A stretch of DNA of 64,000 nt from Acidimicrobiia bacterium (GTDB taxonomy: Bacteria > Actinomycetota > Acidimicrobiia > Spongiisociales > ZC4RG35). Below are positions 8,622-18,181 of the stretch, one piece after another. Location: positions 6,171 through 70,170 of the forward strand of contig DATBKE010000123.1 of NCBI GenBank assembly GCA_036556085.1, in the 5' to 3' direction. A model generated the notes under the pieces. It saw nothing but the letters and a program-made list of their open reading frames with translations, searched no databases and was not told the origin of the DNA. The translations under genes were made by a program, and so were the position numbers. Every line of letters starts with the position of its first letter. The first letter of the stretch is position 1.

Positions 8622-9536
8622 ATGTTTGATCAACTCTTTGACGGGGCGTTGCTGGAATCGGTGTTCCGGGCGCTGATCCCGATCCTCCTCGCCGCCATCG
8701 GAGGAATGGTGTGCGAGCGAGCCGGAGTCTTTCAGATCTCGCTCGAGGGGATGATGCTGGTGGGAGCCTTCGCCGCGGTGGCCGGTTCCTATCTCGGACA
8801 GAGTGCGCTTCTCGGCGTGACAATCGCGATGGGCGTCACCGGTCTCTTCTCGCTCATTCTCGGGTACGGGGCGGTCACTCGCCGCGGGGATCCGATCGTG
8901 CTCGGGGTGGCGGTGAATCTCCTCGCCTTGGGATTGACCAGCTTCTTGCTCCCCCAACTCTTCGGTGTTCGCGGAGTTTTCCAGCACCCTCGAGTGGACG
9001 GTCTCGATCGAGTGGCGATTCCTTTTCTCTCCGATCTGCCGCTGATCGGTCAAGCTCTCTTCAATCTGACGATTCCTGGCTACCTCGCCCTGCTTGCCAT
9101 TCCCCTGATCTGGCTATTCCTATTTCGGACTCCGATCGGGCTCCGCCTCCGTGGCGTTGGTGAGAGACCGGCTTCAGCCGAGACCCTCGGAGTTAGCTCG
9201 ACTCAGTACAAGTACGCGGCGGTGGTGTTCTCCGGGCTCGCTTGTGGGCTGGCCGGTGCGCAGTTGGCATTGGGCAACGTCGTTCAATTCGCGGAGAACA
9301 TGAGCTCAGGTCGAGGATGGATCGCGGTGGTGGCGGTGATGCTGGGACGTGCCCATCCAGCGGGGGTCCTCGGCGCCAGTGCCCTCTTCGGATTCGCCGA
9401 AGGCCTCGGTTTCCGGCTGCAAGGCAACGGCCTCCCAGTCCAGATCACCGAAGCCCTGCCGTACGTCGTCACTCTGATCGCCTTGGCCCTGGCTCGGAAA
9501 CGCTTCCACCGAATCCTCGAGCTGACGGCTGCCTAG
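8622..9536 (+). CDS. ABC transporter permease
   Basis: 304 aa multi-span protein directly after the first permease. This is the usual two-permease BMP-type arrangement. Confidence 0.85.
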   Translation: MFDQLFDGALLESVFRALIPILLAAIGGMVCERAGVFQISLEGMMLVGAFAAVAGSYLGQSALLGVTIAMGVTGLFSLILGYGAVTRRGDPIVLGVAVNLLALGLTSFLLPQLFGVRGVFQHPRVDGLDRVAIPFLSDLPLIGQALFNLTIPGYLALLAIPLIWLFLFRTPIGLRLRGVGERPASAETLGVSSTQYKYAAVVFSGLACGLAGAQLALGNVVQFAENMSSGRGWIAVVAVMLGRAHPAGVLGASALFGFAEGLGFRLQGNGLPVQITEALPYVVTLIALALARKRFHRILELTAA

Positions 9537-10080
9537 GAGGTAGTGCCCACAAGACGAGGGCAGCCGCCGAGGCAAGGTGCCAGAGGCCGTGCCCCTGCCA
9601 GATCGAGTCAGGCCGACACCATGGCCATCCGGTCCGGGACAGCGTTCCCACGATGGCCCCCACTGCCAGCAGTCCGAGGGCTACGAAATCCTTTCGGCCC
9701 CGCAGGATCAGGATGAGGGCGGCCCCGCTCAGCATTGCCTGCACGGGATCGGCGACTGTTGGAACCAGCATGAGGAGGCTCATGGCGAGAAACGTGAGCC
9801 ACCACCATCGCACCCACTTCATCTCGGTCAAGATCACCCACACCAACATCCATCCGATCGTGAGGTCGTGGACGAACTCTCCCCAGGGCGGCATCGGTCC
9901 GTGGAAGACGATGGAACCGAAGCCGACGGCCGCGATCAGTGACGCGGTAGGCGCCTGGGCCCGGCGTCTATAGGCGATCAGCCCGGCGACGATAAAACCA
10001 AACGATGTGATGGTGTTGACGGGTTGGCCCACGAGCCCGTCGAGGATCCGCTCGCAGTCGACCGCGGCTCCGGTGAGCAT
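9469..10080 (-). CDS. hypothetical integral membrane protein (about 6 TM, conserved His residues)
   Basis: Hydrophobic segments throughout; ...GHGLWHLASAAALVLWAL near the C-terminus. TAATG overlap with the upstream DUF45 gene. The 3' end overlaps the convergent permease by 68 nt, so the exact stop and tail are uncertain. Confidence 0.5.
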   Translation of the reverse strand: MLTGAAVDCERILDGLVGQPVNTITSFGFIVAGLIAYRRRAQAPTASLIAAVGFGSIVFHGPMPPWGEFVHDLTIGWMLVWVILTEMKWVRWWWLTFLAMSLLMLVPTVADPVQAMLSGAALILILRGRKDFVALGLLAVGAIVGTLSRTGWPWCRPDSIWQGHGLWHLASAAALVLWALPPRQPSARGFGGSVSEPGPRRSE

Positions 10081-10565
10081 TAGCCGACGATGGGTTCGCT
10101 TTTGGCGATCAGGTATCCCTCCGCTCGTTCGCCCAACTCATACCTCGCCACCAAGGCACTGAATGCCGCGCTATGGCCCGGCACCGCCAGGTGGGCGAGT
10201 TCGTGAACGATCACATAATCAAGGACCCAAGCCGGCATGTTGACGAGACGGCTCGAGATGCGCACCGACCGATCGGAAAATGTGCAGGAGCCCCAGCGTT
10301 CGAGCTGACGGTCGGACCACTCGATCCGGGCGGGGACGGGGAGGTCGTATTTCACCGCGAGACGGCGTGCTCGGGCCATGAGGTCGACCGAGTGAATCTC
10401 TCGCTTGCGGGTGAGCCGGGCCACCATCCGCTCGACGTGCTGTCTCTCCTCCTCCGGGTGGAGCCCAGCCGGAACCAGCACCCGGATGCGGCCCTCGACG
10501 AACGAGGCCTGAATAGTGCGCTTGCGCCGGGCGCTTCTGACAATTTCCACCGGGGGGCCACTCAT
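10080..10565 (-). CDS. DUF45/YgjP-like (M48-type) zinc metallopeptidase
   Basis: IVRSARRKRTIQASFVEGRIRVLVPAGL... N-terminus and an HELAHL (HExxH) motif near the C-terminus. Confidence 0.75.
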   Translation of the reverse strand: MSGPPVEIVRSARRKRTIQASFVEGRIRVLVPAGLHPEEERQHVERMVARLTRKREIHSVDLMARARRLAVKYDLPVPARIEWSDRQLERWGSCTFSDRSVRISSRLVNMPAWVLDYVIVHELAHLAVPGHSAAFSALVARYELGERAEGYLIAKSEPIVG

Positions 10566-10595
10566 CCGGCCATCGTATGGAGAGCCTGTGACGAG

Positions 10596-11891
10596 TTAGG
10601 ACTTCTCCACCGAATCGACTGCTCGGGCCAGCTTTTCGAACCCCTCATCCGCTTCCTCCTCGGTCAGCGACAGCGGGGGAGCGATTCGGAGCGTGTTTCC
10701 GTAAAGGCCGCCCTTGCCGATCAACAGCCCTTCTTTCCTGGCCGCCTCCATCACCGCTGCCGCTGCTGCCGGGTCGGGATCGAGGGAGCCCTTTTTGACC
10801 AGCTCGACGCCCAGCATCAACCCCTTGCCTCTGACTTCGGCGACGATCTCGGTGCTTTCGACCAGGCCGTCGAGGCTTGACTTGAGCCGATTCCCCACTT
10901 TGTAGGCATTGGTCTGCAAGTCGTGCTCGAGCAGGTAGTCGAGGTTGGCGAGACCTGCGGCGGTGGACAGGGGGTTGCCACCGAAGGTCGAAATCGAATT
11001 GGCTGGAAGCGAGTCCATGAGCTGCGCCGACGCCACCACTCCCGCCAACGCCATGCCGTTGCCGAGGCCCTTGGCAAAGGTGAGCATGTCAGGGGTGATG
11101 CCATGGGCCTGGTAGCCCCAAAAGTGCTCGCCCGTTCGCCCCCAGCCGGTTTGCACTTCATCGGAGATGAAGAGGATTCCGTGCCGGTCGAGTGTCTCCT
11201 TGAAGGCGCCAAAGAAGCCATCGGGCGGCGTGGCGAACCCGCCCACACCCTGAATTGGCTCTGCGATCATGCAGGCGACATCGCCGGCCGTGGCCACCTC
11301 GAGGAGGTTCTCGAGATCGGCCTTGCAGGCGGCTACGAACTCATCGTCAGGAAGATGCCCATAGGGGCTGCGCAGCTTGTAGGGGCCCTGGATGTAGGTG
11401 ACGTTGAAGGGAGAATTGGAAGTCGCCGACCAGCTTCGGTTACCGGTGATGGCAACGGTGGAGTGAGACTTGCCGTGGTAGCTGCCGCGAATGGCCAGTA
11501 CCTGATTGGAGCGCCGGTATTGAGTGGCGATCATCAGGGCAGCGTCGTTCGCCTCGGTGCCGGAATTGGTGAAGAAGACCTTGGCATCGGGGATTCCCGA
11601 AAGCTCGGCGACCTTCTCCGCCAGCTCGATCTGGTTCTCGATCAGATAGAGAGTCGAGCTATGGAGCATCTTCTCGGCCTGATCCTGGATCGCCCGCACA
11701 ACTTCAGACACGTTGTAGCCGGTCATCGTGGTGAGGATTCCCCCGAAGAAGTCGAGGTATTCGTTTCCCTCGGCGTCGCGGACGCGGCGCCCCTGCCCTT
11801 CTACGAGCGCAATTGGCTCCTGGTAGTAGAGGACCATCCATTTCGGCAGGACCTTCTGGTGACGGGCATGAAGTTCTGAATGTTTGCCCAC
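10596..11891 (-). CDS. class III pyridoxal-phosphate aminotransferase (omega/beta-alanine- or GABA-type)
   Basis: DEVQTGWGRTG and TFAKGLGNG (PLP lysine) motifs. 431 aa. GAGGAG SD before the GTG start. Confidence 0.85.
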   Translation of the reverse strand: MGKHSELHARHQKVLPKWMVLYYQEPIALVEGQGRRVRDAEGNEYLDFFGGILTTMTGYNVSEVVRAIQDQAEKMLHSSTLYLIENQIELAEKVAELSGIPDAKVFFTNSGTEANDAALMIATQYRRSNQVLAIRGSYHGKSHSTVAITGNRSWSATSNSPFNVTYIQGPYKLRSPYGHLPDDEFVAACKADLENLLEVATAGDVACMIAEPIQGVGGFATPPDGFFGAFKETLDRHGILFISDEVQTGWGRTGEHFWGYQAHGITPDMLTFAKGLGNGMALAGVVASAQLMDSLPANSISTFGGNPLSTAAGLANLDYLLEHDLQTNAYKVGNRLKSSLDGLVESTEIVAEVRGKGLMLGVELVKKGSLDPDPAAAAAVMEAARKEGLLIGKGGLYGNTLRIAPPLSLTEEEADEGFEKLARAVDSVEKS

Positions 11892-11938
11892 GAGGCTCCT
11901 CGATCAACTGTGAACGGCAACGCTAGCTAGGGCGTCTC

Positions 11939-11944
11939 TACAGT
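11939..11944 (+). promoter_or_regulatory. candidate -10 hexamer TACAGT, 6 nt upstream of ATG 11951 (leaderless geometry)
   Basis: TACAGT-gaccag-ATG, with no SD. Confidence 0.35.
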
Positions 11945-11950
11945 GACCAG

Positions 11951-12637
11951 ATGAAGAAGTCAGGTTGGATCGGACCCTTCCTCTTCATAGTGGTTCTTGC
12001 CTGTAGCAACCCCACTCCCCCCACCACCACCGCTGCCGCGGCGCCCACAATTGCCGCTCCGCCCACGACTGCTGGCGTCTCTACCACGATCGCCACCCTG
12101 GAGCCTGCTCCCTGGACCTCGGCGCCACCGCTGGCCGCCGCTGAGGTGCCGGTGCTGGCAACTGTGTGGGGGGAAGCCGAGAACCGGGAGGGTTGTGCCG
12201 GTTTGGCGCCGAGTGGAGGTATCGCTGGAGCCACGCCGAGGCCAGCGAGTTTCTCCGGCGGCTGGGCCGTCGCCTGGGACGCTCCCGACGGCCCCGGGAT
12301 GGCGGCGGACGGAGAGTTCTGCGCGGACTGCGGGAGGTCGGCCGTTGGAGTCGCCGGAGCCGGAGTCGCCGCGGTAGAGGCCGAGGTCAGAGCTTTTCCC
12401 AATGTGATCGAGTGGGAGGACGGAAGCCTCGTCGGCTACGGGGTCGAGGGCTCGGTTGCCGGCGCATTAGACGACGCCGCCACCACCAGCGGAGATTCAG
12501 CTACCCAGCTCGCATTTCTCTCCGTCGCCGGACAGGACTGCCTCTACAACGTTTGGTCGCGACGAAGCGAGACCGAGCTTCTCGACGTGATCGGGCGGCT
12601 TCGCTTCGTCGAAGGCCTGGGCGCTCCCTCGGGTTGA
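11951..12637 (+). CDS. hypothetical lipoprotein with a Pro/Thr/Ala-rich linker
   Basis: MKKSGWIGPFLFIVVLAC|S lipobox. The opposite-strand ORF 11938..12402 and the overlapping +ORF 12166.. are low-complexity shadows. Confidence 0.6.
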   Translation: MKKSGWIGPFLFIVVLACSNPTPPTTTAAAAPTIAAPPTTAGVSTTIATLEPAPWTSAPPLAAAEVPVLATVWGEAENREGCAGLAPSGGIAGATPRPASFSGGWAVAWDAPDGPGMAADGEFCADCGRSAVGVAGAGVAAVEAEVRAFPNVIEWEDGSLVGYGVEGSVAGALDDAATTSGDSATQLAFLSVAGQDCLYNVWSRRSETELLDVIGRLRFVEGLGAPSG

Positions 12638-13008
12638 TGTTCGGCCCCGTCGCCATCCAGAAAATCGAGGGCGCTTTCTTCTTGGCGCTGGCCGTCTACG
12701 GCTTCTCCCAGAGCGGGTGGTCTTGGTGGTGGTTCGGCCTCTTGTTGTTGGTGCCGGACGTCTCCATGGTTGGGTACGGCATCAACCCCGAAGTGGGCGC
12801 CAGGTTCTACAACCTGGGCCACACCCTGCTCTTTCCGGGGTTGATCCTCGGCTGGTACCTGCTCGGCGGGCCGCTCGGAGCCCTCGCGCTCGGGTCGATC
12901 TGGCTGGCCCACATCGGCCTCGATCGCTTCCTCGGCTACGGGCTCAAGTACGCCGACGCTTTCGGTCACACTCACCTCGGCGAAATCGGCCGTCGCCGCG
13001 CTCTCTAG
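12637..13008 (+). CDS. DUF4260-family small membrane protein
   Basis: ATGA-type overlap with the lipoprotein stop. ...WWWFGLLLLVPDVSMVGYGINPEVGARFYNLGHTLLFPG...IWLAHIGLDRFLGYGLKY..FGHTHLG matches my recollection of DUF4260. Confidence 0.7.
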   Translation: MFGPVAIQKIEGAFFLALAVYGFSQSGWSWWWFGLLLLVPDVSMVGYGINPEVGARFYNLGHTLLFPGLILGWYLLGGPLGALALGSIWLAHIGLDRFLGYGLKYADAFGHTHLGEIGRRRAL

Positions 13009-13847
13009 GGGGCTACGAGGTCTCCGTAGGCATCGGGGCGACGGTCGCGGTAAAAGGCCCAGGTCTTGCGGACCTCTTCAACCATGTCGAGATCGAGATC
13101 GCGGATGATGAGCTCCTCATCGGTGTCCGAGGCCGCATCACCGACCTTTTGGCCGCGGGGATCGACGAAGTACGACGACCCGTAGAAGTCGTTGTCGCCG
13201 AAGGGCTCTTGGCCCACCCGGTTGATCGCCCCCACGAAGTACTCGTTTGCCACCGCCGCCGCCGGCTGTTCCAGGTTCCAGAGATACATCGACAACCCCC
13301 GGCTGGTCGCCGAGGGGTTGAAGACGACCTTGGCTCCCTTCAGGCCTAGTGCCCGCCAGCCCTCGGGGAAGTGGCGGTCGTAGCAGATGTACACCCCGAT
13401 GCGACCGACCTTGGTGTCGAAGATCGGATAGCCGGTGTTGCCGGGACGGAAGTAGAACTTCTCCCAGAACCCTTTGACGTGGGGGATATGGGTCTTGCGG
13501 TACTTGCCGAGGTAATTGCCGTCGGCGTCGATCACCGCTGCGGTGTTGTAGTAGAAGCCCTCCTGCTCCATCTCGAACATCGGCAGGACCAGGACCATGC
13601 CGGTCTCCTTGGCGAGAGCCTGCATGGCCTGGGTGGTGGGACCGTCGGGAATCGGTTCGGCGTCGTCGAAGTGTTCGTTTTCCTGCACCTGGCAGAAGTA
13701 GGGGCTGTAGAAGACCTCCTGAAAACACATCACCTGGGCGCCCTGCTCGGCGGCCTGGCGGGCGTAGTCCTCGTGCTTCTTGATCATCGAGTCCTTGTCG
13801 CCCGTCCACTCCGTCTGCAGCAGGGCCGCCCGAACCACGTTCGCCAT
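13005..13847 (-). CDS. carbon-nitrogen hydrolase (beta-ureidopropionase / N-carbamoyl-amine amidase-like)
   Basis: Nitrilase-superfamily E-K-C context: CFQEVF, YRKTHIP, VYICYD. 280 aa. Confidence 0.85.
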   Translation of the reverse strand: MANVVRAALLQTEWTGDKDSMIKKHEDYARQAAEQGAQVMCFQEVFYSPYFCQVQENEHFDDAEPIPDGPTTQAMQALAKETGMVLVLPMFEMEQEGFYYNTAAVIDADGNYLGKYRKTHIPHVKGFWEKFYFRPGNTGYPIFDTKVGRIGVYICYDRHFPEGWRALGLKGAKVVFNPSATSRGLSMYLWNLEQPAAAVANEYFVGAINRVGQEPFGDNDFYGSSYFVDPRGQKVGDAASDTDEELIIRDLDLDMVEEVRKTWAFYRDRRPDAYGDLVAP

Positions 13848-15032
13848 TTATTCACCGCCCTCGTTGAGGGTGACCTCGGTTTTCTCCCACGACTCACCCG
13901 TTATGTCGAGACCTTCCGATTCGAGATCGGCCACGGCCGCGGCGGCGAGATCGGAGCGATAGGCCTCGGCTCCGGGGTCGGCACTGATAACTGCCTGGCT
14001 CACTGCCACCTCGACGGTTTGCGCCCAAAGGGCCTCGTCCATCACCCCGATTCCGCCTGGTGAGGGCCAAATCAGCGCGTTGATCTCGTTCATCTGCCAG
14101 GCCTGGTGGCTCGGCCCCAAAGTGGAGCCGCGATCGAGCACGATCTGGACGCAGTCGTCGGGATTGTCACGACAGAAGATCCAACCCCGAAACGAGGCCC
14201 GGAGAAACGCGGACGCGGTGTCCTCGTTGTCGGCCAGCCATCCGGCATCCGCCCAGATGGCGTCCTGAAGCATGGCGGTGCCGACGGCCGGGTCGTTGAA
14301 GTCGATCACCGCCAGGTCCTCGGGTGTATAGAGCTCGCCGGTGTCGGGATTGACAGCCTCGAGCACCTGGGCGTACTCGTTGTACGTCATCGCCTGGGCG
14401 GCGTCGATCTCACGGTTGAGGAGGAGCGACATATCGAATGGCTGCTGGACAACCTCTCCGGGTGTCACCCCAAACTTTTCGAAGGCGGCGGTGAGCTCGA
14501 ACTCGTTGCCGAAACCCCAGGTGCCGACCCGCTTCCCTTCCCAATCCTCGGGAGTGGTGATACCCGCATCGGCCCAGGAAACCTCGAGGGTGCCCGATCG
14601 CTGGAAAACCTGGCCGATGTTGACGAGGTTGGCGCCTTCCTCCCGCGATACCAGAGCCTTTGGCACCCAGGCCAGGCCGAATTCGGCCCCACCGGCGGCC
14701 ACGACCTGCTGGGGAACGATGTCGACGGCTCCCTCGAGGATCGTGACATCGAGGCCTTCATCGGTATAGAAGCCCTGCTCGATGGCGGCGAAGTAGCCGG
14801 CGAACTGCGCCTGGGTCACCCACTGCAGCTGTAGGCGAACCGGAATCAACTCGCCGGTGGTCACTTCTGGGGCGGAAGTCGTCTCTGTGCCCCCCGCGGT
14901 GGTGGCGGGTGCCTCTCCGGCTGTGGTCGCTGGAGTTTCGCCGAGAGTGGTGGTGGCGCCCGATCCGTCCCCGCACGCGGCCAGCAACATCGCCGCCAGC
15001 ACTAGCAAAATCAAAATTGAACGATGCTTCAT
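13848..15032 (-). CDS. ABC transporter substrate-binding lipoprotein (NMT1/THI5-like, NitT/TauT family)
   Basis: GGAGGAG SD before ATG 15032. MKHRSILILLVLAAMLLAAC|G lipobox, followed by a Thr/Ala-rich linker. Confidence 0.8.
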   Translation of the reverse strand: MKHRSILILLVLAAMLLAACGDGSGATTTLGETPATTAGEAPATTAGGTETTSAPEVTTGELIPVRLQLQWVTQAQFAGYFAAIEQGFYTDEGLDVTILEGAVDIVPQQVVAAGGAEFGLAWVPKALVSREEGANLVNIGQVFQRSGTLEVSWADAGITTPEDWEGKRVGTWGFGNEFELTAAFEKFGVTPGEVVQQPFDMSLLLNREIDAAQAMTYNEYAQVLEAVNPDTGELYTPEDLAVIDFNDPAVGTAMLQDAIWADAGWLADNEDTASAFLRASFRGWIFCRDNPDDCVQIVLDRGSTLGPSHQAWQMNEINALIWPSPGGIGVMDEALWAQTVEVAVSQAVISADPGAEAYRSDLAAAAVADLESEGLDITGESWEKTEVTLNEGGE

Positions 15033-15089
15033 CTGTCTCCTCCGTGAGAGCCCGGATAATCCAGGCCCGTAGGCCGCCAATTTAGGAGA

Positions 15090-15866
15090 TCAGGCGAGGG
15101 TCGGTCTCCGTGACGGGTGCCAGGGAATGAGGGCTCGCTCCACTCCCATCACCAGAACTTGGAGTCCTGCGCCAAGCAAGGTGGCGACAACGATTCCCGC
15201 CCAAGCCTCGGCCATCCTGGTGAGGCCGGCCTGTTGGGATATATAGACCCCCAAAGCATCCCGCGAACCCCCGAAATACTCAGTCACTACTGCCCCGATC
15301 AGAGACAGGGCGACTGCTACCCGCAGGGCGGAGAGGAGATAGGGAAGCGAGTTGGGCAGTCGCACCTTCCATAGGGTCGTGAAATCGGGCGCAGCCAAGG
15401 AACTCATCAGCTCGACCTTGGCGCCACCCACGTCGGTGAGCCCGCGAACCATATTGATCATGATCGGGAAGAAGACCATCACTGCCACCACCGCCATCTT
15501 CGAGACCGGGTTGGTGATCCCGAACCACTGATTGGTTATGGGGGCGAGCGCGATGATCGGGGCCGAGCCGGCGGCAACCGCCAGCGGCTGTATCCCCAGT
15601 CGGATCGTGGACCAGCGGGAGACTGCGAAAGCGACGGCAACGCCCGCGATGGTGCCGCCGAGCAAACCGCCGAGAGCCTCCCGCAAAGTGAAAAGGCCCG
15701 CCGACCACACCACGGGCCACTCCTCAGAAACGGTGCGCACGACTTCTGAGGGAGGAGGAAGCAGAAAGCCCTGGATCCCGGCCGCGCGCACGAAGAACTC
15801 CCAGAGGGCGATAACGGCAATGAAGACGAGCGCCGGGGCCAGGTAGCGGCGCAGTGCTCGACTCAT
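15090..15866 (-). CDS. ABC transporter permease (NitT/TauT family)
   Basis: 258 aa, 6-TM-type BPD permease. 4-nt overlap with the upstream ATPase. Confidence 0.85.
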   Translation of the reverse strand: MSRALRRYLAPALVFIAVIALWEFFVRAAGIQGFLLPPPSEVVRTVSEEWPVVWSAGLFTLREALGGLLGGTIAGVAVAFAVSRWSTIRLGIQPLAVAAGSAPIIALAPITNQWFGITNPVSKMAVVAVMVFFPIMINMVRGLTDVGGAKVELMSSLAAPDFTTLWKVRLPNSLPYLLSALRVAVALSLIGAVVTEYFGGSRDALGVYISQQAGLTRMAEAWAGIVVATLLGAGLQVLVMGVERALIPWHPSRRPTLA

Positions 15867-16639
15867 TCGTCCTCGGTGCGGAGGACCTCGCGCACCTCCA
15901 CCAGCTTGTCGAAGTATTTCGTTTCCTCGCGGGTCTCGAACACGCGAGGCTGGGGGAGGTCGATGTCGACAATTCCCGCCACCCTCCCGGGGCGGGGCGA
16001 CATCACCACCACCTGGGTGGACAGGAAGACCGCCTCGGGGATCGAATGGGTCACGAAGAGGACGGTGGTTTGGGTCTCCTGCCAGATGCGCATCAGCTCC
16101 ATCTGCATCCGCTCCCGGGTCATCTCATCGAGCGCGCCGAACGGTTCATCCATCAGGAGAAGCGCTGGCTCCAGCGTCAGAGCCCGAGCGATCGCCACTC
16201 GTTGTTGCATACCGCCGGAAAGCTGCCAGGGGTAGTGATCGGCGAACTCGAGAAGCTCTACGAGCTTCAGCATCGCCCGGGCGCGTTCTGTTCGCTCCGG
16301 CTCTGCCATACCCGTCACCTCGAGGGGAAGGGCGACGTTTCCCAAGACCCGTCGCCACTCGAGGAGGGTGGCCTGCTGGAAGACCATCCCGTAGTCACGG
16401 TCGTGACGGGCGCGGGCCGGACTCTTGCCGTTGACGCTGACCGCACCGGAGGTGGGCTCGAGGAGATCTCCAACGATGCGGAGCAAGGTCGACTTACCGC
16501 ATCCCGACGGTCCCAACAAGGAGACGAACTCCCCTGAAGGGATCTCGAGGTTTATGCCCTGGAGGGCCACAGTGCTGGTTCCTTTGCGGCCCGAGAACAC
16601 CTTGTCGACGCCGCGCAGGCTGACCATTGCCGAAGTCAT
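15863..16639 (-). CDS. ABC transporter ATP-binding protein (NitT/TauT family)
   Basis: GPSGCGKST Walker A, LSGGMQQRV signature, LLMDEPFGALD Walker B. Confidence 0.9.
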   Translation of the reverse strand: MTSAMVSLRGVDKVFSGRKGTSTVALQGINLEIPSGEFVSLLGPSGCGKSTLLRIVGDLLEPTSGAVSVNGKSPARARHDRDYGMVFQQATLLEWRRVLGNVALPLEVTGMAEPERTERARAMLKLVELLEFADHYPWQLSGGMQQRVAIARALTLEPALLLMDEPFGALDEMTRERMQMELMRIWQETQTTVLFVTHSIPEAVFLSTQVVVMSPRPGRVAGIVDIDLPQPRVFETREETKYFDKLVEVREVLRTEDE

Positions 16640-17499
16640 GAGGCCACCCGCCGAGCGGGCGGGATCACCAGCCGCTCGATCAGCGCCACGACGGCGACGA
16701 AAGTGAGGCCAAGAAGAACCGCAAAAAGCACCGCCGCGTAGAGCTTTTCGGGACCGCTCGAGTAGTAATAGCTGAAAGTCAGCAATTGGCGACCAAGTCC
16801 GTCGGGAAGGCCACTCGGCAATTCACCGACGATGGTTCCCACGACGCTGGCTCCAGCAGCAATTTTCAAGGCCGTGAATAGATATGGAAACGCCGCCGGG
16901 ATCCGGAGCTTGCGGAACTCCTGGGATGGAGAGGCGGCGATCGACCGAAAGAGCTCGGCCGACGTGGGGCTGGGAGAGCGCAGACCGCGGATGGTGTTGA
17001 CCGTCACCGGGAAGAACGAGAGGAAGGCTGCCAGGGCGGCAATCGGAATCCATAGCGGGAGGCGGTACTTGCCCGCCCAGAGGACCACCATCGGCGCGAT
17101 GGCGAGCAGCGGGATCGTCTGACTGGCGATCACCCACGGCATCAGCCCCCTCTCGGCCAGTGGCGAGCGCACGAACAAGAGCCCAAGGCCGAGGCCGATC
17201 ACGCTTCCGGCGAGAAAACCCGCCACTGCTTCTCGAAACGTGACCAGGGAGGCCTTGGTCAACACCCAACCGAGCGACTCTTCGCTCCCTCGCCGGGCCG
17301 GTTCGAAAATCGAGCGAAGGATGTCCCAGAGGTGGGGCATCGAGCGGTCGTCAGCTCGTATCGGTAAGGGCAATCCGCTGCCCTCGAGGAGCTTGTACCC
17401 CTCCCAGAACCCGGCCAGAACCAGCAGGACGACTAGGAGCCCGAACAGCGAACGCAGCCCACGGAATGAGCTCGGGATCGGAGGTGCGGCCGCCACCAT
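16636..17499 (-). CDS. ABC transporter permease (NitT/TauT family)
   Basis: 287 aa multi-span protein. 4-nt overlap with the ATPase start. Confidence 0.85.
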   Translation of the reverse strand: MVAAAPPIPSSFRGLRSLFGLLVVLLVLAGFWEGYKLLEGSGLPLPIRADDRSMPHLWDILRSIFEPARRGSEESLGWVLTKASLVTFREAVAGFLAGSVIGLGLGLLFVRSPLAERGLMPWVIASQTIPLLAIAPMVVLWAGKYRLPLWIPIAALAAFLSFFPVTVNTIRGLRSPSPTSAELFRSIAASPSQEFRKLRIPAAFPYLFTALKIAAGASVVGTIVGELPSGLPDGLGRQLLTFSYYYSSGPEKLYAAVLFAVLLGLTFVAVVALIERLVIPPARRVAS

Positions 17500-17552
17500 C
17501 AGCGGACCAAGACGATAGATGCTTCTCTTGGTGCGCCTCCGCCCTATTCGCT

Positions 17553-18056
17553 CTAGCGGTAGAACTCCTTACCGTTGAAACGCCCCTGCCTGATAGTGCA
17601 GTCATCCGGAGCGTCGAGCAGGGTGAAAGTGAGGATTTCCGCTTCAATCATCCAGCGATAAGTCCCTGAGCCCGGACACGACGCCGCGTCGATTGCATTT
17701 GAGAACTCGATCGTGTCTCCGTTGACTGAAATATGACCCCCGGCGCCGTGGGCCCAGCTGTACGTGTTTCCGCGGAAAGTGACGCGCAGAGTCTCGCCTT
17801 GTCCGCTGTCGACCTTCCAGAGCCCCTGCAGCTCCGGCGGTGCGGCGTCCGGCGCCAATGTGGTTGAGGTAACTACCGCGGCTGTTGTCATCGAGGTCTC
17901 CGGTGTCACAGCTGATGTCGCCGGAGCGGCAGTCGTACCGACCGTGCTGGCACTTGGGGCTGATCCGCCGCAGGCGGCCAAAACAGTCAGCAGGACGCAG
18001 GTCGTCGGGATTCGCCAGTAGCGCCCTATCGAGCCGCGTTTTGTGTTCATCCGCAA
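17553..18056 (-). CDS. hypothetical lipoprotein
   Basis: ...[10 protein letters not shown]|GGS lipobox, a Thr/Ala-rich linker, then a ~90 aa globular domain. No family recognised. Confidence 0.55.
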   Translation of the reverse strand: MRMNTKRGSIGRYWRIPTTCVLLTVLAACGGSAPSASTVGTTAAPATSAVTPETSMTTAAVVTSTTLAPDAAPPELQGLWKVDSGQGETLRVTFRGNTYSWAHGAGGHISVNGDTIEFSNAIDAASCPGSGTYRWMIEAEILTFTLLDAPDDCTIRQGRFNGKEFYR

Positions 18057-18181
18057 CGAATGTACTTATACCGCCGCGCCCGATGCTGACCTTCTTTCCG
18101 TTTTGGGGGGAAGAGTCGTTTCCAGGCGGCGTAGGAAAGGGTGGGCTGGTATTTTCGGTTGCCCATCAGAGCAAGGAGGCC

